A DNA stretch of 64,000 nucleotides from Leptolyngbyaceae cyanobacterium (GCA_965263355.1 CBDHHL010000032.1:1440001-1504000), one strand, 5' to 3'; shown: positions 19,992-30,506, counted from the first letter of the stretch. Numbers and translations: made by a program. The notes: generated from the letters alone by a model not told the origin.

Positions 19992-20198
19992 TTAGGTAAT
20001 AATCACGGTGATAATAATAGCTGCAAGGGAGATGATCACAGCCGATAGCAGGATACCAGCCGCCAGGTTACCCTTACGAATTTCTGCTTGATAGTCAATC
20101 GGGTCGAGAAAGTCGTAGAGTCGGATGCCACCATAGAACAGGAAAACACTAAGCAGCGTCCAGCCAAGGGTGGCACCAATGGTTTCAACTAGAGTCAT
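19992..20198 (-). CDS. DUF350 small membrane protein
   Basis: Two TM helices around PIDYQAEIRKGNLAAGI. Confidence 0.8.
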   Translation of the reverse strand: MTLVETIGATLGWTLLSVFLFYGGIRLYDFLDPIDYQAEIRKGNLAAGILLSAVIISLAAIIITVIIT

Positions 20199-20398
20199 CG
20201 TTGTGCTAAGGGTAGAACAGGCTTGCAGGAATTAAACCATGTTCAAGTTAAAACCTGTAGGGTTTTCACCGGAAAAATTTCAGTTCTGGATGTGAACAAG
20301 GTTTATATAGCTTTGCCTAGCGCATGTAACCGGTCAGCTAGCGGTAGAGTATCAGATAGCTCGGCTTGGGGAGTCAATGAGGGAAGGAACCAAATCAG

Positions 20399-21358
20399 AT
20401 GCCGCCTGTAATTAATCGAACAAGACGGTTTATGGATTACACGCCCTATTTCAGTTGGGCGTTGGCGCTGGGGTTAGTGGCTATCGCGGGGACTACCCCC
20501 AGCACATTGACCACCGATACCCTGACGCCTACACCGGTTAGTACATCCTCGGACCCAGCTCAGCCTAATTCTGTCCCCAGTCCTGAAAATATTGAACGCT
20601 CAGAAGCATTGAGTAAACCGATCTCGATTACGCCAAAGGACAATATTCAGCTCCGTCTGCAGGCTCCTAATCGAGGGTATTTTACCTTGCCTTATAAGGT
20701 AGAGCTTTTGGATGCCAATCAAGCACCGCTGCAACTTGACAATGGTCATAGGTGGACCCTGTCTAATGGCTCAGGGACAAGGACCTTAAATTTGCCAGTC
20801 AATGTAACTGAAACTACATCCATTTACATTCGTTTATCCCATTTAGGCACGACTACGGCTCCTCCCATTAGCTTACAGGTAAAGTCTTCGTCAGTTCTGA
20901 CTGACTATTTAGCAGCCGGTATTACAGGGTGTTTGGGTATCGGTGGGTTAGCCTTTTTGGCCACGACAAGATCGGGACGTGTCGTAGCTGAATCGTTTAA
21001 GCAGCGGGTAAATCAATCGTCAGTTGTTGAAATTCTGGGGGAAAACGATACCCTGGTCCGCGTCTCTTTGCGGGCAACGCTGACGGGTATGATACCAACC
21101 AAGATGACCTTCAGTCTTCAGGTGCTGGGTGAACAGGGACAACTGCTCTGGAGTGATGATCAAGTAGTTATACCCCAGCAACATCTGATGTTTCTGGGCG
21201 TCGCTACGGGGGTTTGGTTTTTGGTCTTACCCCAGCAACAAAATTATCGTCTGTTTGGCCAGATACAGGGGAATAAGACCGTTGATAGTTTGTTATTGTC
21301 GGTAATGGCAGGGGGACAAACCAATCGTCCAGTTGATGTTATTACAATAGAGCAGTAG
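20399..21358 (+). CDS. Hypothetical membrane or exported protein (first gene of the speE operon)
   Basis: 319-aa ORF with a signal/TM segment, S/T/P linker and second TM; alternative ATG at 20432. Confidence 0.6.
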   Translation: MPPVINRTRRFMDYTPYFSWALALGLVAIAGTTPSTLTTDTLTPTPVSTSSDPAQPNSVPSPENIERSEALSKPISITPKDNIQLRLQAPNRGYFTLPYKVELLDANQAPLQLDNGHRWTLSNGSGTRTLNLPVNVTETTSIYIRLSHLGTTTAPPISLQVKSSSVLTDYLAAGITGCLGIGGLAFLATTRSGRVVAESFKQRVNQSSVVEILGENDTLVRVSLRATLTGMIPTKMTFSLQVLGEQGQLLWSDDQVVIPQQHLMFLGVATGVWFLVLPQQQNYRLFGQIQGNKTVDSLLLSVMAGGQTNRPVDVITIEQ

Positions 21359-21393
21359 ACGAGACGCAATAAACGTGTTTAGGTGGGGGGACT

Positions 21394-21708
21394 ATGCCAA
21401 ACAATCCGTTTTCATTAACCTGTGCGTTGGTGGCGTTGGGTCTTGCGATCGCATCCGTTGCCCTCGCTAACCAAAGCCCCCGCCGGACCACACTACACTG
21501 GTCTGGCATCAGCAGTAGCCGCTCCAGTTACTACAATGCCAGACGTTCGTCTCCTAATACCCTAAATACGCCCAGTTCTGCTCCGTCTAGCTCAACTCCC
21601 TACCCCAACCCGACAACAACGTCTCCCTTACCACCTCCGCTAACCTCCCCCAATGCCAGACCTAGCAATTCTGGGTTTCGGGGTGGTGGCCCTGGCAGCG
21701 GTAAATAG
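21394..21708 (+). CDS. Small exported low-complexity protein ending in FRGGGPGSGK
   Basis: Signal peptide and S/P-rich body; Gly-rich GK terminus resembles small proteins of speE/DUF350/DUF4178 clusters. Confidence 0.65.
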   Translation: MPNNPFSLTCALVALGLAIASVALANQSPRRTTLHWSGISSSRSSYYNARRSSPNTLNTPSSAPSSSTPYPNPTTTSPLPPPLTSPNARPSNSGFRGGGPGSGK

Positions 21709-21725
21709 AGCGGATATCCAGAGCC

Positions 21726-23252
21726 TTGGCAACTCCACTGGCCAATCCCCAAGTTTTGACCCACTGGCAGCGCCAATGTTTGCTACTTACGGCAGCTGTT
21801 TCCTCAGGCGTCGGCTTAGCTGCTGAGTTGTTGCTAGGGACTTTAGCCAGTTATTTAGTGGGCAACCATGCCCTGGCCTATGGCCTAACGGTGGGTGGAT
21901 TTTTGGCCGCCATGGGTATCGGAGCCTATCTGAGTAAATTTGTGGCAGATCGGGGGTTGCTGAATGTTTTCTTTGCCATTGAACTGGCCCTGGCCCCCCT
22001 GGTAGGTCTGGTGCCCCTGGCCCTGTTTGCCTTATTCGCTGCCGATGGCCCGCTGTGGCTAGGGTTGATTGGCACCACGTTGCTGCTAGGCAGCTTAGCC
22101 GGCATGGAGGTGCCCTTACTAACGCGATTGGTGGAGCTACGGGATCCCTTGCGCGATGCCTTAGCTGGGGTGCTGGCGCTGGATTATTTAGGGGCATTGG
22201 TGGGGGCTTTACTATTCCCAGCCATACTATTGCCATGGATTGGGCTATTTCCATCAGCCATGGTGATTGGCGCATTGCCAGCGGTGATGGTGGTTATCCT
22301 GGGGCAAAGTTTTCGTCAGGGGCAACCCTGGCGCTATGCCGGGTTAGCGGTGGCAATCGCTTTGTTTTTGGGGGCTCCAGCGACATTACCCATTAGCCAT
22401 TGGCTAGAAAATACACTGTATCGAGCCCCAGTGGTTTGGCGGCAACAAACCCGTCACCAGCGGATGGTGGTTACTCGTCGCCAGGGGGATATACGTCTTT
22501 TCCTCAATGGTGATTTACAGCTGTCTACGGTGGATGAGTATCGGTACCATGAGTCTTTGATCCACCCAGCCATGGCTGTAGCATCCCCCCGTCGAGTGTT
22601 GTTATTGGGGGCAGGGGATGGATTGGCGCTACGAGAAGTCTTGAAGTGGCCCACCGTAGAACAGGTCACTCTGATTGAGCTGGATCCGGCGGTGGTGGCC
22701 TGGGGGCGCAGGGCGCTGCAGGCGGACTGGTTAGAGGATAAACGAGTCACCATCCGCTATGGGGATGCATTTCGTCTATTACCTAAATTGCAGGATACAT
22801 TTGATGTGATTGTGGCGGACTTTCCTGACCCGGATCAGGTGGATCTTGCCAAACTGTATAGTGTGGGGTTTTATCAGCAGGTGCGATCGCGCCTTACCCC
22901 CAATGGTCTTTTCGTCACCCAGGCCTCCAGTCCATTCTTTGCCCCCAATGTGCTCGCCTGTATTCAAAGCACATTGACCGAAGCAGGTTTTTTCACCTAT
23001 CCCTACCGTACCGAAGTCCCTAGTTTTGGCCTCTGGGGTTTTGTCCTTGCCGCCCAATCGCCCCAGTCCCCCCAATCCTTTTCAGCCTTGGAGTTACCCA
23101 TCTCCACCCGGTTTCTAACCGCAAGACTGATGAGCACTCTATTTGTCATGGGCAAAGATCTGCAGGTAGCGACCACAGCAGTACGCCCCAATCGACTCTC
23201 AGATCCAGTAATTGTGCGTTACCAGCACGACCCACGCTGGACATTTTATTAA
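21726..23252 (+). CDS. speE: Membrane-anchored polyamine aminopropyltransferase (spermidine synthase)
   Basis: About 7 N-terminal TM helices; LFLNGDLQ..DEYRYHESL, LLGAGDG, ELDP, DFPDP, VPSFGLWGF. Confidence 0.9.
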   Translation: MATPLANPQVLTHWQRQCLLLTAAVSSGVGLAAELLLGTLASYLVGNHALAYGLTVGGFLAAMGIGAYLSKFVADRGLLNVFFAIELALAPLVGLVPLALFALFAADGPLWLGLIGTTLLLGSLAGMEVPLLTRLVELRDPLRDALAGVLALDYLGALVGALLFPAILLPWIGLFPSAMVIGALPAVMVVILGQSFRQGQPWRYAGLAVAIALFLGAPATLPISHWLENTLYRAPVVWRQQTRHQRMVVTRRQGDIRLFLNGDLQLSTVDEYRYHESLIHPAMAVASPRRVLLLGAGDGLALREVLKWPTVEQVTLIELDPAVVAWGRRALQADWLEDKRVTIRYGDAFRLLPKLQDTFDVIVADFPDPDQVDLAKLYSVGFYQQVRSRLTPNGLFVTQASSPFFAPNVLACIQSTLTEAGFFTYPYRTEVPSFGLWGFVLAAQSPQSPQSFSALELPISTRFLTARLMSTLFVMGKDLQVATTAVRPNRLSDPVIVRYQHDPRWTFY

Positions 23253-23313
23253 GCTATAAAGCTAGAAGTCATACCAAATCCCAGTTCATATCCCCGATTA
23301 AAAATGCACCACC

Positions 23314-23375
23314 CCGTAGGAGTAATCCCTCGTGGTTGCCCTGCCATATTGGGCACAGGTAGTCAGGATTCCGTA
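23314..23375. repeat. Degenerate GTAG-type REP element
   Basis: CGTAGGAGTAATCCCTCGTGGTTGCCC..GGGCAC in the intergenic space. Confidence 0.45.
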
Positions 23376-23410
23376 TAATTCAACATTAAGCCAAGTCTCT
23401 TTCACCATCC

Positions 23411-24031
23411 ATGATTCCACTCTTTTGGTTTTATGTTTTCGCAATCCTGATTGGCCTGGCCATCTGGCTTTGGGTTCGTTGGTCTCAACAATCAGGACCC
23501 CGGCGTCCACGGTCTGCCCCCACCCGTCGTCCCCCTAAAACTCGTCAGCCCACATTGTTTAATCTAGCCATCGGTGACATTGTGCAGTATCAAAACGATG
23601 ACTGGGTGGTAGAAGATATTTTGACCTACAATGCATCGGGCTGGACCTGGAAAGAATATCAGTTACAAAACAAAGATCAGGTACGCTGGCTAAGCGTGGA
23701 ACAGGATGACACCCTGGAACTTAGCTGGACTGAAACTATCCAGTTATCAGTGACTAATCCACCCCCCAAGGATATTACCTATGGCAACACGGTCTACCGG
23801 CAACAGGAATTTGGGCCGTTGACCATGACCATGAAAACTAAACCTGGGACAACGCTTAAGGGATACTACTTTGACTATGCCAGTGCAACGGGTGAAGAGC
23901 TTTCCTTAGAACAGTGGGGTGACGATGCCTCCTTTGAAGTCTCTGCTGGACATTCCCTCACACCGAGAGCATTAAATCTCCTACCCGGTGATGGCCAAAG
24001 TATTTATCGCTATGGTAGCCAAGACAGCTAA
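23411..24031 (+). CDS. DUF4178 domain protein
   Basis: N-terminal TM; GDIVQY, WKEYQL, WLSVEQDD, YFDY, LSLEQW. Confidence 0.8.
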   Translation: MIPLFWFYVFAILIGLAIWLWVRWSQQSGPRRPRSAPTRRPPKTRQPTLFNLAIGDIVQYQNDDWVVEDILTYNASGWTWKEYQLQNKDQVRWLSVEQDDTLELSWTETIQLSVTNPPPKDITYGNTVYRQQEFGPLTMTMKTKPGTTLKGYYFDYASATGEELSLEQWGDDASFEVSAGHSLTPRALNLLPGDGQSIYRYGSQDS

Positions 24032-24032
24032 A

Positions 24033-24641
24033 TCACAAGAATAGCTCACCCATTAACAATTTATCCGTAGCCAACGTTAACGTTGGAAATACCAATGATT
24101 GAATAAGTTTAGAGTTGTCATAATAATGCTCTTTATAAGTCTCATTTATGAGAGTACAAACAACAACCTGCTGTCTATGGCGATCAATAATCCAATACTC
24201 TGGAACTTGCCACCATTCATACTGTTGCCGTTTCCATTCATAATCACGCCGATAGTTTGCACTACCTTCACTGCCTGGGCTAACAATTTCAGCGATAAAT
24301 ACGGGGGCAGGCATGTCGAAGAGGATAGCATTCTTCTTCAGACCTTTCATTAGATCGAGATGCTCAGGCTGTAGGACAATCACATCCGGTTTTCGATTTA
24401 CTCGATTATCACCCACCGGATGCACCTGTATTTCGGTGGAAGAACTCCTAACAAGCCGTCTATTGCTGACAAATTTCTTTAATAACTCAGCCAATTCGTC
24501 AGCAATAAAGTCATTTTCCGCATCTTCCGGTGGCAACTCAATTACCTCTCCAGTACTAAGCAAGCGAAAATTACCATCCGGACTGAGGTCAGCGTCCAGA
24601 TACTGTGAGTAAGTCCTATATCGTATAGATGTGTGGATCAA
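24033..24641 (-). CDS. Uma2-family (DUF820) endonuclease
   Basis: RKPDVIV, AEIVSPG, RDYEWKRQQY, PEYWIID. Confidence 0.9.
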   Translation of the reverse strand: MIHTSIRYRTYSQYLDADLSPDGNFRLLSTGEVIELPPEDAENDFIADELAELLKKFVSNRRLVRSSSTEIQVHPVGDNRVNRKPDVIVLQPEHLDLMKGLKKNAILFDMPAPVFIAEIVSPGSEGSANYRRDYEWKRQQYEWWQVPEYWIIDRHRQQVVVCTLINETYKEHYYDNSKLIQSLVFPTLTLATDKLLMGELFL

Positions 24642-24782
24642 CGTTGACGTCAGGGTAAGTAACTTAGTGATTCTGATTGGAGTATAGCAAAACCGACATT
24701 CAACTCAGTTAAGTGTCTTTCCTAAGCTCATCTTTGGGATGGGCTTTTAACCATGGTTATCATAATCGTTTATGCATAATCA

Positions 24783-25391
24783 TCATAGGGGTGATTGCCC
24801 AATAACATTGCCTGGTGGTCTATAGTTATAAATCATTAATTTTCCATAAATTCTATGGGGTGCGACACCACAGCCAAGCTCCGTGGTATTCTGCCAAATC
24901 ATCTGCGTGTAATGCCCACAGGTTTCACCCTTGCATTGCCCAGTCGATAGATCATAGTTTTCTTTCTCTTCTGCCCATAAACCAAGCATTAACTCTACAG
25001 AACTACCCGCAGCAATGTTTTCCCCTGCTCCACTACGATTACCACTCCTAGGACTATGTCCAAAAGTCCCACGTCGCGATAGCTCATCTGCCCAATCTTG
25101 ATCGGTGCTAGCTAACTCGGAAGACCACGATAAAGATGGCACATTAACCTCAGCTCGCAGCTGATTATGGGTATCGAGTATTTCTTGCTCTTCCTCAGTA
25201 AGCTGTGAGGAATCTTCTGATTGCTCAGGAGTTTGCTGTAGCCTTAGGTCATTCAATAATTGTTCAACATCTGCAGACCAATTTTCTTCGTTTAAGAAAT
25301 CTTCAACTGCTGGAGACTCAAAGGCTTCTTCTAAGTCAAACGTTTCTCTGGTTAGAGTTTCAGCTACTAAAACCCCACCGACACCACCCAT
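24783..25391 (-). CDS. CAP (SCP/PR-1) domain protein, possibly 5'-eroded
   Basis: HNQLRAEV..LSWS, GENIA, CGHYTQMIW, LGCG, NYRPPGN. Confidence 0.8.
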   Translation of the reverse strand: MGGVGGVLVAETLTRETFDLEEAFESPAVEDFLNEENWSADVEQLLNDLRLQQTPEQSEDSSQLTEEEQEILDTHNQLRAEVNVPSLSWSSELASTDQDWADELSRRGTFGHSPRSGNRSGAGENIAAGSSVELMLGLWAEEKENYDLSTGQCKGETCGHYTQMIWQNTTELGCGVAPHRIYGKLMIYNYRPPGNVIGQSPL

Positions 25392-25621
25392 ATCACTTGC
25401 GAAACGTAATGATAAGCGCTTTTACAATTTCAAACTTACCTTGATCTTATAGGTCCCCATAACCCTGATCGCAATTCACCGTCATAGTCTCTAGGGTAGA
25501 TGATGCCCTTCAAGAAATCGACTGGCGATGATTCTGTTCCAAGCAATAGGATTGTTCTAGCCCTAAGCTTTTTCAATTGCATAGGTAGCTATGTACATTG
25601 CAAAACCCTAGGGCAGTAACA

Positions 25622-26083
25622 TTAAAATTGAGACCATTGGCCAATCTTAAAGCTTGTTTGACTGTGGTGATTAAAGCCACTGATACAGTTGTGGGTAGAT
25701 GAATTGCCATCTAGGCGAAACTCATCCTCAAGAGCTTTTGCATTGATATGAAAGCCTCTGAAAAGATTACGCTGGCATTCAGCATCCATAGTAATAAGAT
25801 AGATTTGTTTTGGCTGTCCATTGACACCTGCATCTCTCATGTTTGGACGACTCATTTTGAGTTTTGATAGTCTAGTTTGAAAAGTTGCTACAGAGGGGGC
25901 TGTTGTTCGGCTTTCAAACACACAATCGGTGCAGCCGTACAACTCAATGCCGTTACCGAGCAAATCGCTACCATCTCTAATATCAGAAGCCGTGTCTGGA
26001 TAGAATAGAGCATTGCCGTTCGAGTCTTTTTGCCCAGTTGGCACGGGAGTTGGTGTGCCAATGCCAATTTTTCGAAATGTCAT
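25622..26083 (-). CDS. Hypothetical protein (possibly a gene fragment)
   Basis: 153-aa ORF with no recognised motif. Confidence 0.35.
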   Translation of the reverse strand: MTFRKIGIGTPTPVPTGQKDSNGNALFYPDTASDIRDGSDLLGNGIELYGCTDCVFESRTTAPSVATFQTRLSKLKMSRPNMRDAGVNGQPKQIYLITMDAECQRNLFRGFHINAKALEDEFRLDGNSSTHNCISGFNHHSQTSFKIGQWSQF

Positions 26084-26402
26084 GCCATGGCAGTTTCTGA
26101 GTCGATAGATGGGCTTTTCTGCAGTTCCTTCGTTAGCATGTATTATCTCTAGCTCGGAATAGTATTAAGCAATTGCAAAGGAAACCTTGTTTGGATTCAG
26201 CTGATTTTTCTGGTCCCTTTTAGGAGTTTGGTATTGGAATTGCGATCGCATCTATGCCGATTTTATTTTGCGATCGCACCCACCTAACTGGCTGTTATGC
26301 TCAGCTTAATTTGTAACACCTCACAAAATTTCCAGGGAGGGAGTCAAAAAAACAGCAAAGGTCATCTATAACCAAAGCCTTTAGTGAAAGACAGTATTCA
26401 AG

Positions 26403-28475
26403 TTAGAGAGTTATGTCTGGTGCAAACAAGCTTTGAAGTCTTAGCAGTTGTGCACCTCTTAAATACAACAAATCCCCCTTACCCAGCAGGTTGACTGCAT
26501 CTCCTTGCTTACCACCTAGGATAATCGCTGAATCAGCATCGCTTGCTGTTCTCAGGGCAACTCGTCCAGGCAAATTGGAACGAATCAGCGGGGTAACCAC
26601 CTGGGCATCGGGTCGTTGGGTAGCAATGATGAGATGAATGCCAGCAGCACGGGCCATGGCTCCCAGACGTTTGATGCTTTGTTCTATGGCAGTGCGGCTT
26701 TCTTTTTCTGCCATAAAGTCGGCATATTCATCAAAAATGCAAACAATTCGAGATATGGGGCTGCTGACCTTCTGATTGTAGCGAGTCAAATCTGTACAGC
26801 GGCTCTGCTCAAATCGTTGGTAGCGGCGATCCATCTCATTCATCAAAGTCTCCATCAAAGAGATCGCACCTTCGGTATCTTTTACAATGGGCTGTAATAA
26901 CCAGGGATTGGCTTCAAATTCGGGAAATGTGACGCGTTTGGGATCTACCAGCGCAATTTGTAAATGATCTGGAGAGTGGCGCTTTAGTAGACTTAGGAGG
27001 AGCGATCTCAAAAATTCACTTTTACCACTGCCGGTCGTCCCACCCACTAAAAAATGACAGGTATTGGGATCTGATAAATCTGCTTCAACTAAGTTACCTT
27101 CCAAATTAACACCAATAGCAATTTTGACCGGATCAGTAGGTGTCAGAGCCTGAGGCTGAATATATTGGTCAAACAGGGCAGACTGACGATCTGGGCGAGG
27201 TAAATCAACACTGACATAGCCTGCCTGGGGCGCAATCATTGGCGGAGCTTCCAGACCGAGCTGTACCCGTAAATCATCGGTCAGGCGCAGGATAGAATTC
27301 ACTTTCACACCCAGCTGCGGTTTGAGTTTGACTCGCAAGAAAGCAGGGGCTAAGGCAATTCCTTGTAAATCAACGCCAACGCCAAAGGATTTTAAGGTTT
27401 TTACCAGGTGCGCAGCGATCTCTTCTGATTTTTCTGGTTTTCGTGCCTTCTCTTTTGGTGTCGATGTTGGTGATGTCTTGGGAGGTCTGGGCGGCTTAAA
27501 CTCTTCAGACCTGGTCGATTTATCAGTGTTGCTAGATGTTGGTTTTTGAGAAGACGGTTCGGTTTTCTGTTTTTCTTTAGGAGCTGCTTCCGTTGCCTGG
27601 GTTTGAGGCTCAAAATAGGTTTGACACTTTTTATACTGAGGACACATATCACATAGGTCCAGCCGCAGCGTTTTCGGGGGTGGAGGGTCCTGGCCAGGAT
27701 TCCAGGCTAGCCAGTCACGGATATGCATAAGCTTTTGAGGAATCAGCTGATGTACCGTATCTTCTAGCTGAGCCCAAGGATACACCTGTTCTTGCCAATC
27801 GGGTAATACGCTATAAACTGCAGAATCGATGGGAACACCAATCTTTTCCCGCAGCATATAGCTATAGAGGGCGACTTGGGCTAGCTGAGCGGACGGATCC
27901 GGCGACTGATAGGTCTTATATTCCACCACACAGAGTCGATGATTAGCAAAGTCATACACCAGGCTGTCAAAACGTCCCTGTACTAACTGCTGGTCATTGT
28001 TGGGCAGAGTAAATGTATGTTTGACACTGAGTTCCTGGCCTAAAAATGTTTTTTGCATCACCTCCTGGGTGCTACAGGAACGACGATTGCTCACTAGTAG
28101 CTCTACCCAACGTTGAATAAGTCCCTTCAGGCCTTGCCAGAGCTGATGAAGTGCCTGGGCTTTATCGGGTTTCTCAGCAATAGTTTGCTGGAGATAGGGA
28201 AAAAAGATTATTTGGTAAAGTCGTTGTTCAAAGTTTTGTGCGATCGCTACACTATCCAGTTGTTCTGGATCCGCTGCTAACAATGTTTCAAATTCCAGAT
28301 CAGACCGCAGCTGTCGTACAAATTGCTCAGAAAGCTGGTGGAATGCACTACCAATACCCAGAGTCTTCCCTGGTGGTAAAAACATAGTCATCCCACCAAA
28401 ATGATGGCCTAAATAGAGCAAACGGGGGCACTCAAAGGCAATTCGAACTTTACTAACACTCAAAGAAGAAGTCAT
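26403..28475 (-). CDS. Cas4/AddB-like PD-(D/E)XK nuclease fused to an FtsK/SpoIIIE motor domain
   Basis: FECPR plus CDMCPQYKKC (4 Cys), GRFD..VEYKT..QVALY; linker; GGTTGSGKS, IFDEYAD, IATQRP, LLGKGDLL. ATG at 28475 overlaps the upstream TGA (ATGA). Confidence 0.9.
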   Translation of the reverse strand: MTSSLSVSKVRIAFECPRLLYLGHHFGGMTMFLPPGKTLGIGSAFHQLSEQFVRQLRSDLEFETLLAADPEQLDSVAIAQNFEQRLYQIIFFPYLQQTIAEKPDKAQALHQLWQGLKGLIQRWVELLVSNRRSCSTQEVMQKTFLGQELSVKHTFTLPNNDQQLVQGRFDSLVYDFANHRLCVVEYKTYQSPDPSAQLAQVALYSYMLREKIGVPIDSAVYSVLPDWQEQVYPWAQLEDTVHQLIPQKLMHIRDWLAWNPGQDPPPPKTLRLDLCDMCPQYKKCQTYFEPQTQATEAAPKEKQKTEPSSQKPTSSNTDKSTRSEEFKPPRPPKTSPTSTPKEKARKPEKSEEIAAHLVKTLKSFGVGVDLQGIALAPAFLRVKLKPQLGVKVNSILRLTDDLRVQLGLEAPPMIAPQAGYVSVDLPRPDRQSALFDQYIQPQALTPTDPVKIAIGVNLEGNLVEADLSDPNTCHFLVGGTTGSGKSEFLRSLLLSLLKRHSPDHLQIALVDPKRVTFPEFEANPWLLQPIVKDTEGAISLMETLMNEMDRRYQRFEQSRCTDLTRYNQKVSSPISRIVCIFDEYADFMAEKESRTAIEQSIKRLGAMARAAGIHLIIATQRPDAQVVTPLIRSNLPGRVALRTASDADSAIILGGKQGDAVNLLGKGDLLYLRGAQLLRLQSLFAPDITL

Positions 28476-30463
28476 GCGGGGACGTAGCAAATTAACTGGG
28501 CTTCACGGCTTGCCTGGGGATCAAGCAGTTGCAGACGTTTCTGATCACAGAGGGTTTGAATTTCTTGTTCAATCTCCTGCTCCTTAATATTAGAGAACTG
28601 TTGCCGTGTTGTTTCAATTAATACCAGCAGTCCAATAAAGGATTGTGTTGCCATCAGGTTAACAATATAATCTGCTACGGCTTGGCTGGGGGGTGTAGGT
28701 TCCAAGTCACCTTCCACAATCTGTAATTTTTGCAATAGGGGACACTGATCTAACACCCCTGATTCTCGCACAACAGCCTGCAAGTCTTTCAGATGAGGTG
28801 TTTGATCACCCAGCACTAGCTCGCCAGCGCGGGCGGCACTGGCAAGCTGATGATAGGTTTCCAAATATTGCACCGAGAGTAAATCGGGCTGAAAATGGGC
28901 ATAGGATGCTTTACCATTAAATATCTGATAATAGATTTGATTTCCTTTGGTTTTTGACTTGCCTGTGCCAGCGGCACGAATTAAATAAAGGCAATCACAA
29001 ATGTCTTTATCAATTGCTTTCTGACAGGCTTTCATCACATGAAAGAATGTGTTCATGTTTGGGTCTTCATTCCAAACGATACCCATTTTCAATTTTTTGT
29101 GTCGATGTGAGAGAGAGTAAGATGCATATTTACTACCTTGCAAAAACTGAGTTTCTATTTGGGAGACCTCCAGAGCCTCTAATACCTGACGTAGCCGCCA
29201 GATCAATTCTGGAGAAGTAAACTGGCCAATTCGTGTTACAGCTTTTTGGTTTGCCTGAAATTCTTTATCCCAAATCAGTTGAAAGCTAGGTTTTAGAGCT
29301 GGTGGCGGTGACGGTGACGGTGGCGGTGGCGAAACTGATTTATCGGGAAGTTTACTGTACTGCTTATAGTGGGTAATTAATCTTCGACCCAGATCTAGCG
29401 CTGTACGGGGTAAAGTGCGTTTTCCAGGAAATGCGTGAGCAAGCCAGTCGTGACTAAGGGGAGCAATCTCAGTTTCCGGCGTTGGTGTGACCTGAGCATG
29501 TAGAGGTGCTAACCGACTTGCCCACAATGCTTCTGCTTGATCCAAATTAATTCGTTTAAGCCGCAAGATGTCATTGATGCGTGCCTCGTCTGCTGGTTGA
29601 ATCTGTTTACGATATTCGCGCCAGGTACCTGTCACAATACTGATAAGTACTAAAAAATTATGCAGATTTTCATTATGAATTGTGGTGTTTAGATGGAATA
29701 ACCGCTGCAGATCGGGTTTATTATTGGCTAGCCTGGGAATACTATCTAAGTTGTCAAAACATAGAACAATCGGCTGAGTAGAAGTGGCAATGCGCCCAAT
29801 GTTATTGAGTATCTTTTGCGCGGCGTCTTCAGAATCGATCGGCTGCTTTACTCGCAGTGTTTTAAGCTCTTCTTTGTCCAGGTTATCGCCTTTTAACCAG
29901 GCATAGGCCAGAATACGCAGCTCAGGATTGGTGGCCAAGTCATAAAGTACGCCGAAAAACTCCCTGCCGTTATATACAACTGGGAAGCTGGCATGTAAAT
30001 CTTGAATAAACTTTCCTCGTTCCCCTAGCACCCATTTAGCCAAGCTACGCTGATGCAGACTAGATATCCCCTTAAGCCAGAGCAACATCTGTGATTCCGA
30101 TTGCCCTTCGGGCACTTTAACCAGGCTATCGACCACATTACGTAACGTATGCCGCCAGAGATAGTTACTATCGGGCCAGGGGCCGATGTAGGCAAAAAAA
30201 GCGTTATCGTTGAGCTGCCGCTTTAGACGTCCGAGAAGATAGCTTTTGCCTGCACCTGAATCACCCGTCAATAAAAGTGTTTGAGTTTTGTGATCCGTGC
30301 TAATTTGTTGGAGAGTATGACTTATGGCGTCCAGAATTTCTCCATGGATAGTGTCAACTTCCATGACTGTGTTTTGGCTTTCCTGCCAAAAATTACCAGG
30401 TCGGAAGCTACTCCGATCAAAAGGGTTTAACTGACGCTGAATAATCTGTTGAAGCGAAGTCAC
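28472..30463 (-). CDS. rcaG: P-loop AAA-type ATPase, RcaG-like
   Basis: NPFD..PGNFWQE, Walker A GDSGAGKS, Walker B VLCFDNLD; C-terminal winged-helix-like segment; follows the rcaD-like gene. Confidence 0.7.
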   Translation of the reverse strand: MTSLQQIIQRQLNPFDRSSFRPGNFWQESQNTVMEVDTIHGEILDAISHTLQQISTDHKTQTLLLTGDSGAGKSYLLGRLKRQLNDNAFFAYIGPWPDSNYLWRHTLRNVVDSLVKVPEGQSESQMLLWLKGISSLHQRSLAKWVLGERGKFIQDLHASFPVVYNGREFFGVLYDLATNPELRILAYAWLKGDNLDKEELKTLRVKQPIDSEDAAQKILNNIGRIATSTQPIVLCFDNLDSIPRLANNKPDLQRLFHLNTTIHNENLHNFLVLISIVTGTWREYRKQIQPADEARINDILRLKRINLDQAEALWASRLAPLHAQVTPTPETEIAPLSHDWLAHAFPGKRTLPRTALDLGRRLITHYKQYSKLPDKSVSPPPPSPSPPPALKPSFQLIWDKEFQANQKAVTRIGQFTSPELIWRLRQVLEALEVSQIETQFLQGSKYASYSLSHRHKKLKMGIVWNEDPNMNTFFHVMKACQKAIDKDICDCLYLIRAAGTGKSKTKGNQIYYQIFNGKASYAHFQPDLLSVQYLETYHQLASAARAGELVLGDQTPHLKDLQAVVRESGVLDQCPLLQKLQIVEGDLEPTPPSQAVADYIVNLMATQSFIGLLVLIETTRQQFSNIKEQEIEQEIQTLCDQKRLQLLDPQASREAQLICYVPA

Positions 30464-30506
30464 TGTTTTTGATCTACTTTTTTAACAACGTAATATTATT
30501 TTCTAT

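Noticed and set aside
26403..27420. Cell-division DNA translocase ftsK
   Set aside because: No N-terminal TM region or gamma domain; nuclease fusion in an accessory context
27600..28475. Cas4-like nuclease as evidence of a CRISPR-Cas locus
   Set aside because: It is fused to FtsK, and no other cas gene or array is present in the window
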